A stretch of 64,000 nt of DNA from contig CAZVZU010000008.1 in the NCBI GenBank assembly GCA_964631685.1, positions 1 to 64,000 of the forward strand, given 5' to 3'. Under the pieces are notes generated by a model, which worked only from the letters and a program-made list of their open reading frames with translations, was not told the DNA's origin and searched no databases. Shown one piece after another: positions 19,557 through 29,182 of this stretch. Origin of the DNA: an uncultured Actinomycetes bacterium. Lineage in GTDB: Bacteria > SZUA-79 > Acidulodesulfobacterales > Acidulodesulfobacteraceae. Made by a program: the position numbers and the translations under genes. Every line of letters begins with the position of its first letter. Position 1 is the first letter of the stretch.

Positions 19557-20363
19557 ATGAAAAAAAATAAAAAAATATTTGGCATGTTTGTTTTGTTTGT
19601 TGCACTCTTGTTTTGTTCATCTGCTTTTTTATCCGGATGTGCGGAGATGGGACCGGATACTGTGTACAACTTAAAGGTCCAGGTGAAAAAATTAAACAAG
19701 AAGACAAACAGATTATCGCAAAGCAATACTTATTTAGTTCAAAAACTTCATGATATGCAAATAAATATTGCAAATCAGGGTGTTACGATATCCAATATGG
19801 GTTCTAAATTAAACGACATGTATGGAAAATATGAGGTGGAATCTCACAATATTGGTATACTTAGAAAAAAATTTAACGACTATCGTTTAATTGTCAATAA
19901 GGAATTTTTCAAGTTATCAAACAATGTCAATATCAAGCCTATCGTCAAGAAGAAGCTCTTGCCCAAAAAAAATATTATAACTACAAATCTAAAGCTTAAT
20001 GGTTTTAGTAAGGGCGTATATTTGTATAAAAAAGGGGATTATGCCGGTGCCCTTTTATCGCTGAATAAATTTATAAATAAATATCCGCAGTCCAAAAACA
20101 TTCCTAATGCTCTATTTTATGAGGCGGTATCAAATTTTAAACTTAAAAAGTATCCTGTTTCAATATTGGAGTTACACAAATTTTCAGAAATTTACTCAAA
20201 GAATATTCATGTTCCCATGGCGATATATTGGCAGGGAATGGGTTTTTTGAAGCTTTCCGACAAAGCGGATGCATCAATTTTGTTTCAGCAGGTTGTTTCA
20301 AAATATAGTAGTACTACGGCTTCAAGACTTTCCGCAGAAGAGCTTAAGAAACTTACTAAATAA
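19557..20363 (+). CDS. cpoB: CpoB/YbgF-like coiled-coil + TPR protein with lipobox
   Basis: Signal ending LSGC, coiled coil, TPRs (FINKYPQSKNIPNALFY...A..LFQQVVSKY). Confidence 0.75.
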   Translation: MKKNKKIFGMFVLFVALLFCSSAFLSGCAEMGPDTVYNLKVQVKKLNKKTNRLSQSNTYLVQKLHDMQINIANQGVTISNMGSKLNDMYGKYEVESHNIGILRKKFNDYRLIVNKEFFKLSNNVNIKPIVKKKLLPKKNIITTNLKLNGFSKGVYLYKKGDYAGALLSLNKFINKYPQSKNIPNALFYEAVSNFKLKKYPVSILELHKFSEIYSKNIHVPMAIYWQGMGFLKLSDKADASILFQQVVSKYSSTTASRLSAEELKKLTK

Positions 20364-20366
20364 AAA

Positions 20367-21410
20367 GTGAGTCACATTAAAAATATTATTAATCTGGCAT
20401 TTGAGTCTAGTTGCGATGATTTTTCCTGCGCTGTACTCTTGAAGGACAGTAGTGGCATAAGGGTTCTTTCAAATGTTATATATTCTCAAGATTTTGTGCA
20501 CGATATATACGGCGGGGTTGTTCCAGAGCTTGCTTCTAGAAATCACATGAAGGCATCTGTGCCTGCACTCAGGTTTGCTTTGTCAAAGGCTGGTATTAGC
20601 TTAAGCGATGTTGACCTTGTGTCCGTGACGGCTGGTCCGGGGCTTGTCGGTTCTCTTCTTATAGGGCTCATGGAAGCAAAAACAATATCATTTGCGTTAA
20701 ATATTCCATTGGCCAAGATAAACCATATCGAAGGACATATCTTTAGCCCCTTTTTAGAAAACGAAGAGAAATTTCCGTTTATTGCGCTAGTAATTTCGGG
20801 GGGGCATACTCATATATACTTGGTAAAATCTCACAACAATATAAAACTTATAGGAAGAACAAGGGATGATGCTTGTGGTGAGCTATTCGACAAGGTATCG
20901 AGTTACCTTGGCTTTGGATATCCAGGGGGTAAGGTTGTGGATAAGTTCGCAGAAGAGGGAGATGAAAGTGCATTTAAGTTTCCCCTCCCTATGGCACACA
21001 GCCATAATTTAGATATGAGTTTTAGTGGGCTTAAAACGGCTGTTATTTCTGAGATAAATAATTTAGGGGGCCCTGATAACATTAAAGAAAGTGTTGTTTT
21101 CGATATTTTTGCTTCTCTTAGGGAAGCAGTGGCTAAAATTCTTTATAAAAAAACATTATATGCTTGTAATATCTATAAAATAAGTACAATTGTTGTTTCT
21201 GGCGGAGTTTCTGCAAATTTACGCATTCGGTCTCTTTTTGCAGAGGCTGTGGAAAAATCAGGTTTAAAGATAATTTTTCCTTCTATACCGCTATCAACTG
21301 ACAATGCTGCCATGATTGGTTATGCTGGATACTTTAAACCTTCGATAGATCCTGTTAAAAATAGGGTCGAATTTTTAAATATTAATGCCGATTCTTCGTG
21401 GGAGCTATGA
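20367..21410 (+). CDS. tsaD: tRNA N6-adenosine threonylcarbamoyltransferase
   Basis: ESSCDD, YGGVVPELASRNH, GPGLVGSL, NHIEGH, SGGHT, DDACGE, SFSGLKT, DNAAMIG. Confidence 0.96.
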   Translation: MSHIKNIINLAFESSCDDFSCAVLLKDSSGIRVLSNVIYSQDFVHDIYGGVVPELASRNHMKASVPALRFALSKAGISLSDVDLVSVTAGPGLVGSLLIGLMEAKTISFALNIPLAKINHIEGHIFSPFLENEEKFPFIALVISGGHTHIYLVKSHNNIKLIGRTRDDACGELFDKVSSYLGFGYPGGKVVDKFAEEGDESAFKFPLPMAHSHNLDMSFSGLKTAVISEINNLGGPDNIKESVVFDIFASLREAVAKILYKKTLYACNIYKISTIVVSGGVSANLRIRSLFAEAVEKSGLKIIFPSIPLSTDNAAMIGYAGYFKPSIDPVKNRVEFLNINADSSWEL

Positions 21411-21437
21411 GTAATCGGGTAATTGACAAGGATTACA

Positions 21438-22292
21438 ATGGGAAAATCAGTCAAAGGACGTAAGGTGGTTTACGGTCAAAATTTTTTAGTAAATAAAGAT
21501 ATAGCGCGCGATATAGTTGAATTATGTAATTTTACACCTGACGATAATGTTGTAGAGATTGGATCCGGCAAAGGGGCATTAACAGGATTTATTATTGGGA
21601 AAACAAAAACATATACGATATTAGAAATAGGTGATTTCTATTTTAATCTTATAAAAGGCAAATTTAATCCAAATAAATTTAGTGGAATCAATATTTTAAA
21701 TGAAGATGCTCTTAAATTTAATTATACGGGTTTAAGCCAAACTCTTTCTTCGAAAATAAGGGTTATTTCAAATCTTCCCTATGAAATCTCAAGCCCTATT
21801 ATAGAAAAGTTCACGAAAGAAAAGCATGTTTTTTCGGATTTAACGCTTATGTTTCAGAAAGAGTTTGCAAAGAGGCTATATGCTAAAGAGAATGATTCCG
21901 AAAGAGGGGCATTAAGTGTTATCAGTGACATCAACTTTAAAATCGTCAAACTTTTTGATGTGGACAAGTCTAATTTTAGTCCTGCGCCAAGAGTTGATTC
22001 TATCGTTGTAAGAATAACTCCTATATATCACACAGATGACGATTATATTTGGGCGGCAGATTCCCAGTTTTTTAGTTATTTTGTTCATCAGATTTTTAAA
22101 TTAAGAAGGAAAAAACTAAGAAATTCTATATATGCATCTTTTTTTAGCGTGCCGCCCGATGTAAAAGAATCTATATTTGCTGATGTAAATGTTGATTTGG
22201 ATAAAAGGCCGCAGGAATTGACAACAATAGAGTTTATAAAAGTTGCAAGGAAATACGATGACTATCTAAAAATAGTTGAGAGCGGGGTGTGA
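21438..22292 (+). CDS. rsmA: 16S rRNA dimethyladenosine transferase
   Basis: GQNFL, EIGSGKG, SNLPYEIS, MFQKE, FSPAPRVDS, RRKKLRN. Confidence 0.93.
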   Translation: MGKSVKGRKVVYGQNFLVNKDIARDIVELCNFTPDDNVVEIGSGKGALTGFIIGKTKTYTILEIGDFYFNLIKGKFNPNKFSGINILNEDALKFNYTGLSQTLSSKIRVISNLPYEISSPIIEKFTKEKHVFSDLTLMFQKEFAKRLYAKENDSERGALSVISDINFKIVKLFDVDKSNFSPAPRVDSIVVRITPIYHTDDDYIWAADSQFFSYFVHQIFKLRRKKLRNSIYASFFSVPPDVKESIFADVNVDLDKRPQELTTIEFIKVARKYDDYLKIVESGV

Positions 22293-22344
22293 TAATAATG
22301 ACAACCGTAACAATTGATTTACATGATGATAAAAAGGAAAACTC

Positions 22345-23826
22345 ATGGAAAAGGTAGTTATTGCATTAGATTTAGGCACAACCGGCAACAGAGCGATAGC
22401 CTTTGCCAAAGACGTCTGTATCGTTGCAAGTTCTTATTGCGAGTTTCCTCAGATGCATCCGAAGCCGTCGTGGGTAGAGCAAAATCCGTACGATATTTTA
22501 AGTTCCGCACTAAAGGTTCTTAGAAAAACAGTTGAAAAATGTAACTCGTTCGAGATAACATCTATAGGGATAACAAATCAGAGGGAAACCGCAATACTGT
22601 GGGATAAAAAGACAGGGAAGCCCGTTTATAACGCTATAGTTTGGCAATGCAGAAGAACGGCAAAAGCTTGCAGGGATTTATTAGAGTATAGTAACCTGAT
22701 AAAGGCAAAGACCGGTCTATTTTTGGATCCCTATTTTTCTGCAACTAAGATTAAATGGGTAATAGATAATGTTGATGGGGTAAAAAACCGAATGGACAAG
22801 GGAGAAATTGCCTTTGGGACGGTTGACAGCTGGATTTTGTGGAATCTAACGGGTGGCAGGGTTCATTCTACGGATGCTTCTAACGCATCACGAACACTTT
22901 TATATAACATTAACACATTGAGATATGACGAGGAACTTCTTGAAATATTCGGCATCCCTATATCTATGCTCCCTCAAGTTTACGATAGTAATCATAATTT
23001 TGGTTGTACCGATAAGGACATTTTTGGTAAATCAATTCCGATAATAGGAATCTTAGGAGATCAGCAGGCATCTTTGTTTGCTCATGGCGGCTTTGGGACG
23101 GGAGTAATAAAAAATACATACGGCACGGGTCTTTTTGCAATGGTAGAGACCGGAAATAAAATTTATAATTCAGATAAATTAGTTGCTACTATTGCGTGGA
23201 AATTAGACAATGTCGCATATTATGCATTGGAAGGCAGTATTTTTACGGGAGGTTCGATAGTCCGGTATGTTAAGGATAATTTTAATTTTATAAATTATAT
23301 TCATGAATCTTCCTCCATGGCGCAGGATTTAGATTCTAACGGCGGCGTATATTTTGTTCCTGCATTAGCCGGTCTTGGTGCACCCTTTTGGGATCCGGGC
23401 GCAAGGGGTTTGATTATTGGTTTGACGGGGGCAACCACCAAGGCCCATATCGTCAGGGCAGCATTAGAATCGTTGGCATATCAGACAAAAGATGTTATTT
23501 TAGAATTTAAGAATGCTTTAAAAAACGACATAAATTTATCGGCATATAAGCTGAGAGTTGACGGAAAAGCAAGCGAAAATGAGTTTTTAATGCAATTTCA
23601 GTCCGATATTTTAAACATGATTGTTGAAAAAACGGTTTTTACTGAGATGACCGCTTTCGGTGTTGCCGGACTTAGCGCAATAACGACTGGTCTTTGGACC
23701 GTAGGTGAATTTTACAACCTTAGAAGGATAGGGAAGACATATATTCCTGAGATGGACGATAAAATTAGAAACGATTACTATGGCAAATGGCGACAAGCCG
23801 TAACAAAGTCCCTTAAATGGGCATAG
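22345..23826 (+). CDS. glpK: Glycerol kinase
   Basis: DLGTTG, GITNQRET, AIVWQCRR, DPYFSATK, SNASRT, GDQQA, KNTYGTG. Confidence 0.95.
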   Translation: MEKVVIALDLGTTGNRAIAFAKDVCIVASSYCEFPQMHPKPSWVEQNPYDILSSALKVLRKTVEKCNSFEITSIGITNQRETAILWDKKTGKPVYNAIVWQCRRTAKACRDLLEYSNLIKAKTGLFLDPYFSATKIKWVIDNVDGVKNRMDKGEIAFGTVDSWILWNLTGGRVHSTDASNASRTLLYNINTLRYDEELLEIFGIPISMLPQVYDSNHNFGCTDKDIFGKSIPIIGILGDQQASLFAHGGFGTGVIKNTYGTGLFAMVETGNKIYNSDKLVATIAWKLDNVAYYALEGSIFTGGSIVRYVKDNFNFINYIHESSSMAQDLDSNGGVYFVPALAGLGAPFWDPGARGLIIGLTGATTKAHIVRAALESLAYQTKDVILEFKNALKNDINLSAYKLRVDGKASENEFLMQFQSDILNMIVEKTVFTEMTAFGVAGLSAITTGLWTVGEFYNLRRIGKTYIPEMDDKIRNDYYGKWRQAVTKSLKWA

Positions 23827-23846
23827 TTTATCACAAAAGCTATTCA

Positions 23847-23875
23847 TAGACATATTATCTGCAGTATGCTATAAT
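23847..23875 (+). promoter_or_regulatory. Sigma70 promoter for the nucleotidyltransferase gene
   Basis: TAGACA-17 bp-TATAAT with TG extension (TGcTATAAT). Confidence 0.6.
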
Positions 23876-23955
23876 GGCAGACAGAAGCGTTAGATTATTG
23901 GTTGGATAAAAATTAAATTTAAAGAATACAGTACCTCTCCGAAAAAGATAACAAA

Positions 23956-24837
23956 ATGGTTTTAGAAAAGGTTAAGCCCGAGCGCAGTACTTCCGATAAC
24001 TATGAAGATTTCGACAAGTTTACTAAGTCACCCGTGTTTAAAAGTATCATTAATGATAAAATTTCGAGCCTTAATGTAGCATTTATTGGTTTCTATGGGT
24101 CAAGGAACTATAATATACACACAGACAAAAGCGATCATGATTTTTTTATAGTTTATTATCCGACCTTCGATAATTTTTACTACAACAAGTTTGAGAGATT
24201 CTCGGTTATAGACAAGAATTATGACTATTTCATAACCCCTGTTCATGAATATGTTCGGCATGCAATGAATGGCAATATAAAGTTTATAGAGCCTATAGTG
24301 TGCAGGACGGTTTTTTTCATAGTATCGTCGGGAATGAGTTTTAGCGCCGTTAAGATCAAAAATAATCCGTTAATCGATAAAATAGATCGTTTTATATCTA
24401 TTAATTATAGGAAAAATTTTAATACCATAATGGGTATCGTTAATAATAAAAGATTAAATATAATTAAGGGATCATATACGTCTAATACATTAAAATACAA
24501 AGAAACGCATGGATACGACATTAAAGAAGCTATAAATTCATTAAGAATCCTTTTTTTACTTGAGGATTATATTAAAAGTGGTCAATTTTCTTTTATGGTT
24601 AAGGGCAATCCTGTTTATAGGGAATTTGAGGATTATATGCTTAAAATAAACAGAATGGCAATGTCAAAGGATGCTTATTTGGAAATAATAGACAAAAAAG
24701 TGAATGATGTTTTAAGATTAAAAGGTGGATTAGATATATTATATGAAAATAAAAAACAGACTATCATAAAAACCGAGAATGAAATCAAAGATTATACCAA
24801 GAAACTTTGCGGGGATAATATCTGTTTTGCAAAATAG
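23956..24837 (+). CDS. DNA polymerase beta superfamily nucleotidyltransferase (YcgL/RlaP-like)
   Basis: FYGSRNYNIHTDKSDHDF (GS..Y....SD.D), GN..FIE, GYDIKEA..SLR helical C-terminus. Confidence 0.75.
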   Translation: MVLEKVKPERSTSDNYEDFDKFTKSPVFKSIINDKISSLNVAFIGFYGSRNYNIHTDKSDHDFFIVYYPTFDNFYYNKFERFSVIDKNYDYFITPVHEYVRHAMNGNIKFIEPIVCRTVFFIVSSGMSFSAVKIKNNPLIDKIDRFISINYRKNFNTIMGIVNNKRLNIIKGSYTSNTLKYKETHGYDIKEAINSLRILFLLEDYIKSGQFSFMVKGNPVYREFEDYMLKINRMAMSKDAYLEIIDKKVNDVLRLKGGLDILYENKKQTIIKTENEIKDYTKKLCGDNICFAK

Positions 24838-24863
24838 GTATAATATATTATATAATTAGTATC

Positions 24864-25316
24864 ATGGGTGTTCTGTCGAAAATGTTTTTTACTGTTTTAA
24901 TTTACATATTTGTTGAGATTTATGTTTTTGTGGAGGTGTCTGCCAAGATTGGTTTTCTCCCTTCTGTTATTTTGTTAATATCCTTTAGTATAATAGGGTA
25001 CATAATTACAAAAAGGATAAAGTCTGCTTCTTTTCAAAATGCCATTGCAGATTATTCTAATGGTTCATCGCCGAGTAAAAATTTAGTTAAATCGGCGGCG
25101 TTTTTTATATCGGGTTTATTATTTCTCGTGCCTGGATTTATCACCGATTTTATTGCGGTACTTTTTTTAATCCCCCTTTTAAACTATTACTTGGTATATC
25201 TCATATTTAGATATTTTAAAAATAAATTTAATGGCTCCTTTATGCGTGGAGACGGCGACAACGGTTTTACGAGCGAGACTTTTATTTCACTGCCATTTAA
25301 AAAACATGAAAGATAA
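24864..25316 (+). CDS. fxsA: FxsA family membrane protein
   Basis: FVEIYVFVEV..IG, GLLFLVPGFITDF. Confidence 0.85.
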   Translation: MGVLSKMFFTVLIYIFVEIYVFVEVSAKIGFLPSVILLISFSIIGYIITKRIKSASFQNAIADYSNGSSPSKNLVKSAAFFISGLLFLVPGFITDFIAVLFLIPLLNYYLVYLIFRYFKNKFNGSFMRGDGDNGFTSETFISLPFKKHER

Positions 25317-25321
25317 CATAT

Positions 25322-25678
25322 ATGTATACAATTTTACTTAAATCTAAGATTCATAGGGCTACGGTAACAGATTCTAATCTTGAATACGAGGGGTCTATTT
25401 CAATAGATAAAGAACTTATGGATAGAGCCGATATTTTGCCGTATGAAAAGGTTAGTGTCTGGAACGTAAATAATGGCAGTAGATTTGAAACGTATGCCAT
25501 TCCTTCAGATGAGCATTCCGGGGACATTGTAGTGAACGGGGCTGCCTCTCGTTTAGCCCAGACGGGGGACATTGTAATTATCGCAACCTTTGGTTTTTAT
25601 GATAAAGAAGAACTGAAGGGGTTTGAACCTACGATGGTTTATGTTGACGATAAAAATCATGCAAACGGCGACATTTAG
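25322..25678 (+). CDS. panD: Aspartate 1-decarboxylase
   Basis: KSKIHRATVT..LEYEGSISID, RFETYAI, NGAASR. Confidence 0.96.
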   Translation: MYTILLKSKIHRATVTDSNLEYEGSISIDKELMDRADILPYEKVSVWNVNNGSRFETYAIPSDEHSGDIVVNGAASRLAQTGDIVIIATFGFYDKEELKGFEPTMVYVDDKNHANGDI

Positions 25679-25757
25679 ATATGGCGACGGTTTCTATTTT
25701 AAGGATAAAAATAATTTAACGGTCAAAGAAATGGTTTGTTAAGGCAGGCTTAACGCA

Positions 25758-27062
25758 TTGATTAAAAAGTATTTTGCTGATTATATCTTTGTATCTCCAT
25801 CGGGTTCCCCGCCGCTTATTGCAAACGGTGAACTGGCGGTTGATGGAATATCGGGTAGGGTTTTATCTGTCCTGAGAAATAGTAAACAAGTCCGGTCTCT
25901 TCACGGCAACATAGAAGGTTTTAAGACAATAATCGTTCCGGGTTTTATAAACTCCCATATCCATACAGACCTCACCATTAAGGCAGATAATGAAACGCCA
26001 CACGTTTTCTCAAAGTGGGTTTTTTCCATAGTAGAAAAGAGGAAATATTTTGATGATGAAATAAGAAATGAACTTAGATTAAAGGCATTCCAAGAGACCG
26101 TGGAAAGCGGCACAGCACTTGTAGGAGATATCATAGATGCGGGTTCATTTTATGATATCGGTAATTTGCTCTTAAAGTCCAATCTTATCCCTAAGGTCAA
26201 GGGATTTATCGAAATAAGGGGTTTGATTACAAATTGCGCTGAGCAAAGAATGAATGATTTCAGGATATTTTGTAAAAAATATGAAGATATTTTTAAGCAA
26301 AATAAAAAATATTTTTCTTTAGGTATCTCTCCTCATTCTATATATTCAGTATCAGAATCGTTATTTGAAAAAGTAAGAAAAGAAAGTTCCAAAATGAGAC
26401 TCAATGTAGCTGTCCACGCATCTGAACATCTGTCTGAAGTTCAATTTATATCGGGAGCGGGTGGAGATATAGCGGATAATCTTTTGCCTGCATTCAAGCT
26501 TTCTAAATTTTCCGTGCCATCAAGAACATTTTCAAGCCCTATTTCTTACCTGAATTATTTAAAAATTTTAAATAAAAATACGCTAATAATCCATGCTAAC
26601 GAGATTAACGACAATGATATTAATATTATAAAAGATTCTGGTGCTAGTGTTGTCCACTGTCCAAGGAGTAACGCCTTTTTTAATTCAAATAAATTTCCGT
26701 TAAAAAAGGTTTTGGAAAACGGTATTTCAGTTTCATTGGGAACTGATAGTCTATATTCTAATAAATCATTAAGCATTCTTGATGAGCTTCAATATGCCAA
26801 AGGGATCCACCCTAATGTTTCTTCTAAGGATCTATTTACTATGGCTACGGTCAATGGAGCAAAGGCGCTTTCTTTTCCCAATATTACCGGAACATTGGAG
26901 CCTAATTCTTGTGGAGATTTTACCGTTTTTAAAATTGATAAAAATGTGAAAGTGAATGAAATTAATATTTATGATATCATCTTATCGTTAAGAAAAGCAG
27001 ATATCATTATGGTAGTGTTGGATGGATGTGTTGTTTGTGATAAACTTAACGGAATAAGTTAG
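25758..27062 (+). CDS. Metal-dependent amidohydrolase (MTA/SAH or aminodeoxyfutalosine deaminase-like)
   Basis: PGFINSHIHTD, SPHSIYS, HASEH..E, IIH, HCPRSN, LGTDS. Confidence 0.8.
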   Translation: MIKKYFADYIFVSPSGSPPLIANGELAVDGISGRVLSVLRNSKQVRSLHGNIEGFKTIIVPGFINSHIHTDLTIKADNETPHVFSKWVFSIVEKRKYFDDEIRNELRLKAFQETVESGTALVGDIIDAGSFYDIGNLLLKSNLIPKVKGFIEIRGLITNCAEQRMNDFRIFCKKYEDIFKQNKKYFSLGISPHSIYSVSESLFEKVRKESSKMRLNVAVHASEHLSEVQFISGAGGDIADNLLPAFKLSKFSVPSRTFSSPISYLNYLKILNKNTLIIHANEINDNDINIIKDSGASVVHCPRSNAFFNSNKFPLKKVLENGISVSLGTDSLYSNKSLSILDELQYAKGIHPNVSSKDLFTMATVNGAKALSFPNITGTLEPNSCGDFTVFKIDKNVKVNEINIYDIILSLRKADIIMVVLDGCVVCDKLNGIS

Positions 27063-27118
27063 CATGTGTTATAACTACCCTTTGTAATTATCAAATTAAT
27101 CGTACGCTTAAGGTTAAA

Positions 27119-27949
27119 ATGAAAATCATAACTGATATATATGAAATGAAGAAAATTTCAAAAGATTTAAAAAAATCGTCAAGGCAGATTTCTTTTGTTC
27201 CCACGATGGGCAAGCTTCATGATGGACATAGAAGGCTTATCGAAGAAGGGAAAAAATACGGTACGGTTATAGTATCTATTTTTATTAACCCCATACAATT
27301 TGGACAAGGTGAAGATTTCAAAAACTATCCGGAAGATTTTAAGAGCGATGTCGAAATATTAGAAAATCTAAAGGTAGAATATCTCTTTAATCCAACGGTA
27401 GACATTGTTGATAATACTAAAACGTTTTTGATTGATACTGAATACTCAAACCAACTTTGCGGCGATTTCCGGCCTATTCATTTTCAAGGTGTTTTGACAA
27501 TAGTAATGAAACTATTTTGCATAATAAATCCGGATATTGCTCTTTTTGGGCTCAAAGACTATCAACAATATATTTTGATAAGAAAGATGGTTGAGGACTT
27601 TTTTTTAGATGTTAAAATAGTGCCTGTTCCTTCAGTGCGGGAGGAATGCGGGCTTGCAATGAGCTCAAGAAACTCGTATCTTAGCGAGGGCGATAAAAAA
27701 ACCGCTTGTAATTTTTATAAATCTCTCAAAAAGACCGTGAAACTATTTAATGCGGGAGAAACATTGTCCCGTAAATTGACCGTTTTTGCTGCAAAAGAAT
27801 TAATTAAGATTGGGTTTAAAATAGATTACCTGAAGATTATGGATAAGGGGCTCAATATTGATAAGCAATATGTCAGTGCGGGTGACATTCTGCTTTCTGC
27901 TGTGAGGTTTAAAGGCGTTAGGCTTATAGATAATATTTTTTTTGAATAA
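27119..27949 (+). CDS. panC: Pantoate-beta-alanine ligase
   Basis: FVPTMGKLHDGH, SIFINPIQF, RPIHFQGV, FGLKDYQQ, GLAMSSRN, RLIDN. Confidence 0.96.
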   Translation: MKIITDIYEMKKISKDLKKSSRQISFVPTMGKLHDGHRRLIEEGKKYGTVIVSIFINPIQFGQGEDFKNYPEDFKSDVEILENLKVEYLFNPTVDIVDNTKTFLIDTEYSNQLCGDFRPIHFQGVLTIVMKLFCIINPDIALFGLKDYQQYILIRKMVEDFFLDVKIVPVPSVREECGLAMSSRNSYLSEGDKKTACNFYKSLKKTVKLFNAGETLSRKLTVFAAKELIKIGFKIDYLKIMDKGLNIDKQYVSAGDILLSAVRFKGVRLIDNIFFE

Positions 27950-27970
27950 TTTTAGGATATTTTTTGTCAT

Positions 27971-28000
27971 TCTTGAAAAAACATATTTTCAAGATATACT
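27971..28000 (+). promoter_or_regulatory. Inverted repeat overlapping the putative promoter of the GH57 cluster
   Basis: TCTTGAAAA-N6-TTTTCAAGA (27971-27994) overlaps TTGAAA-16 bp-TATACT. Confidence 0.45.
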
Positions 28001-28024
28001 CAGGTTAGGGGTGCGTAGATAAAA

Positions 28025-29170
28025 ATGAAAAATGATTTTAGGGTTGCTTTAACATTTAGTGCCGAGTTACCCGGCAAGATTAAGATAAAAACAAGCGCTG
28101 TGACGATGCATGGCATTGCTGATAAAAAAAGGGATGGTTTAATAAATGGATTAAGGGCGAGGGCAGTAAGAGATAGTCTTGATTTTAGAAAAAGAAAGCT
28201 CTCTATGATGTTTAATCCTGTGTTTGGTGGGTTTGTCTTTTTTTCCGATGCAGTAGGGCTTGGCGATGAGGATGCTGTTGGTTTTGCTAGGTTGTTTTTT
28301 GATAAGCTGGAAGAATATTTTCATGTGTCCGTCGTATATTATCACTTGATAGATATAGGAGATATTACTCCTAAGGGTGGTTGTTCATCGAAAATTTTTG
28401 ATTTTGAAATATTTAATTATAATTTTTACGAACATAGGGCCGTAAAAACCGAGCTTACCGGAGCGAAAAACATAAAAAAGCTCAATGAGCTTGCTGAATT
28501 TGTCCTTGCCGAGTGTTCTAAATTTAAATTTGGTGATGCAGATGAAGGGTCTTTAGCATATACATTGGCCGCAAAAGAAAAAGAAGAAATGTCATCCGAT
28601 CATGTCAATATTAACGACGAAGGCGATGTGGATGGACGTATAGGTTTGAGTCATGAGAGTTGGATGCCGTTAGATCCCTCGGAAAATGCTCCCGTGCTTG
28701 AACGTGGAGAGCCACGTGAAATACGTAAGGTAAGCAGTGTCAGGATTTATTTTCAAAAACCGGGAGTAAGGCAGGTTGTATGGAGATTTAGGGATAAACC
28801 TGGAACGAGTTCCGAAAAGCCTATTCTGAGAGTATATGTAGACGATAAAATGCTTTGGTACGAACGGTTGGACAGCAGATTTGGAAGCAGGTATATTATT
28901 TTTTCGGATGATTACGAGTTGTGTAGGACATGGGTCGATATAGGGTACGTTAACGAAAAGGGAATGTTCACATTTGTAGCAAGAAGTCCTATCTGGCCGC
29001 CAAAATGTTTCTCTAAAAGTCTGCCGAAAGCAAACTCCAGAAAGCGAGTGCCTAAAGAGATATCAATGATAGGCGCAAGCGAGGGGATACCTGGCGGGGA
29101 ACGACTCCCTGTTAATTTATCGGATCCCGGGTATGGTTTTTCCGGTTTAGGGATAAAAAAACAGGGATGA
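28025..29170 (+). CDS. Hypothetical protein with probable C-terminal DUF4912-like domain
   Basis: ILRVY...WVDIGYVNEKGMFTFVARS resembles DUF4912 proteins that precede GH57 branching enzymes. N-terminal half not recognised. Confidence 0.55.
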   Translation: MKNDFRVALTFSAELPGKIKIKTSAVTMHGIADKKRDGLINGLRARAVRDSLDFRKRKLSMMFNPVFGGFVFFSDAVGLGDEDAVGFARLFFDKLEEYFHVSVVYYHLIDIGDITPKGGCSSKIFDFEIFNYNFYEHRAVKTELTGAKNIKKLNELAEFVLAECSKFKFGDADEGSLAYTLAAKEKEEMSSDHVNINDEGDVDGRIGLSHESWMPLDPSENAPVLERGEPREIRKVSSVRIYFQKPGVRQVVWRFRDKPGTSSEKPILRVYVDDKMLWYERLDSRFGSRYIIFSDDYELCRTWVDIGYVNEKGMFTFVARSPIWPPKCFSKSLPKANSRKRVPKEISMIGASEGIPGGERLPVNLSDPGYGFSGLGIKKQG

Positions 29171-29182
29171 GGAGGCTGTTAT

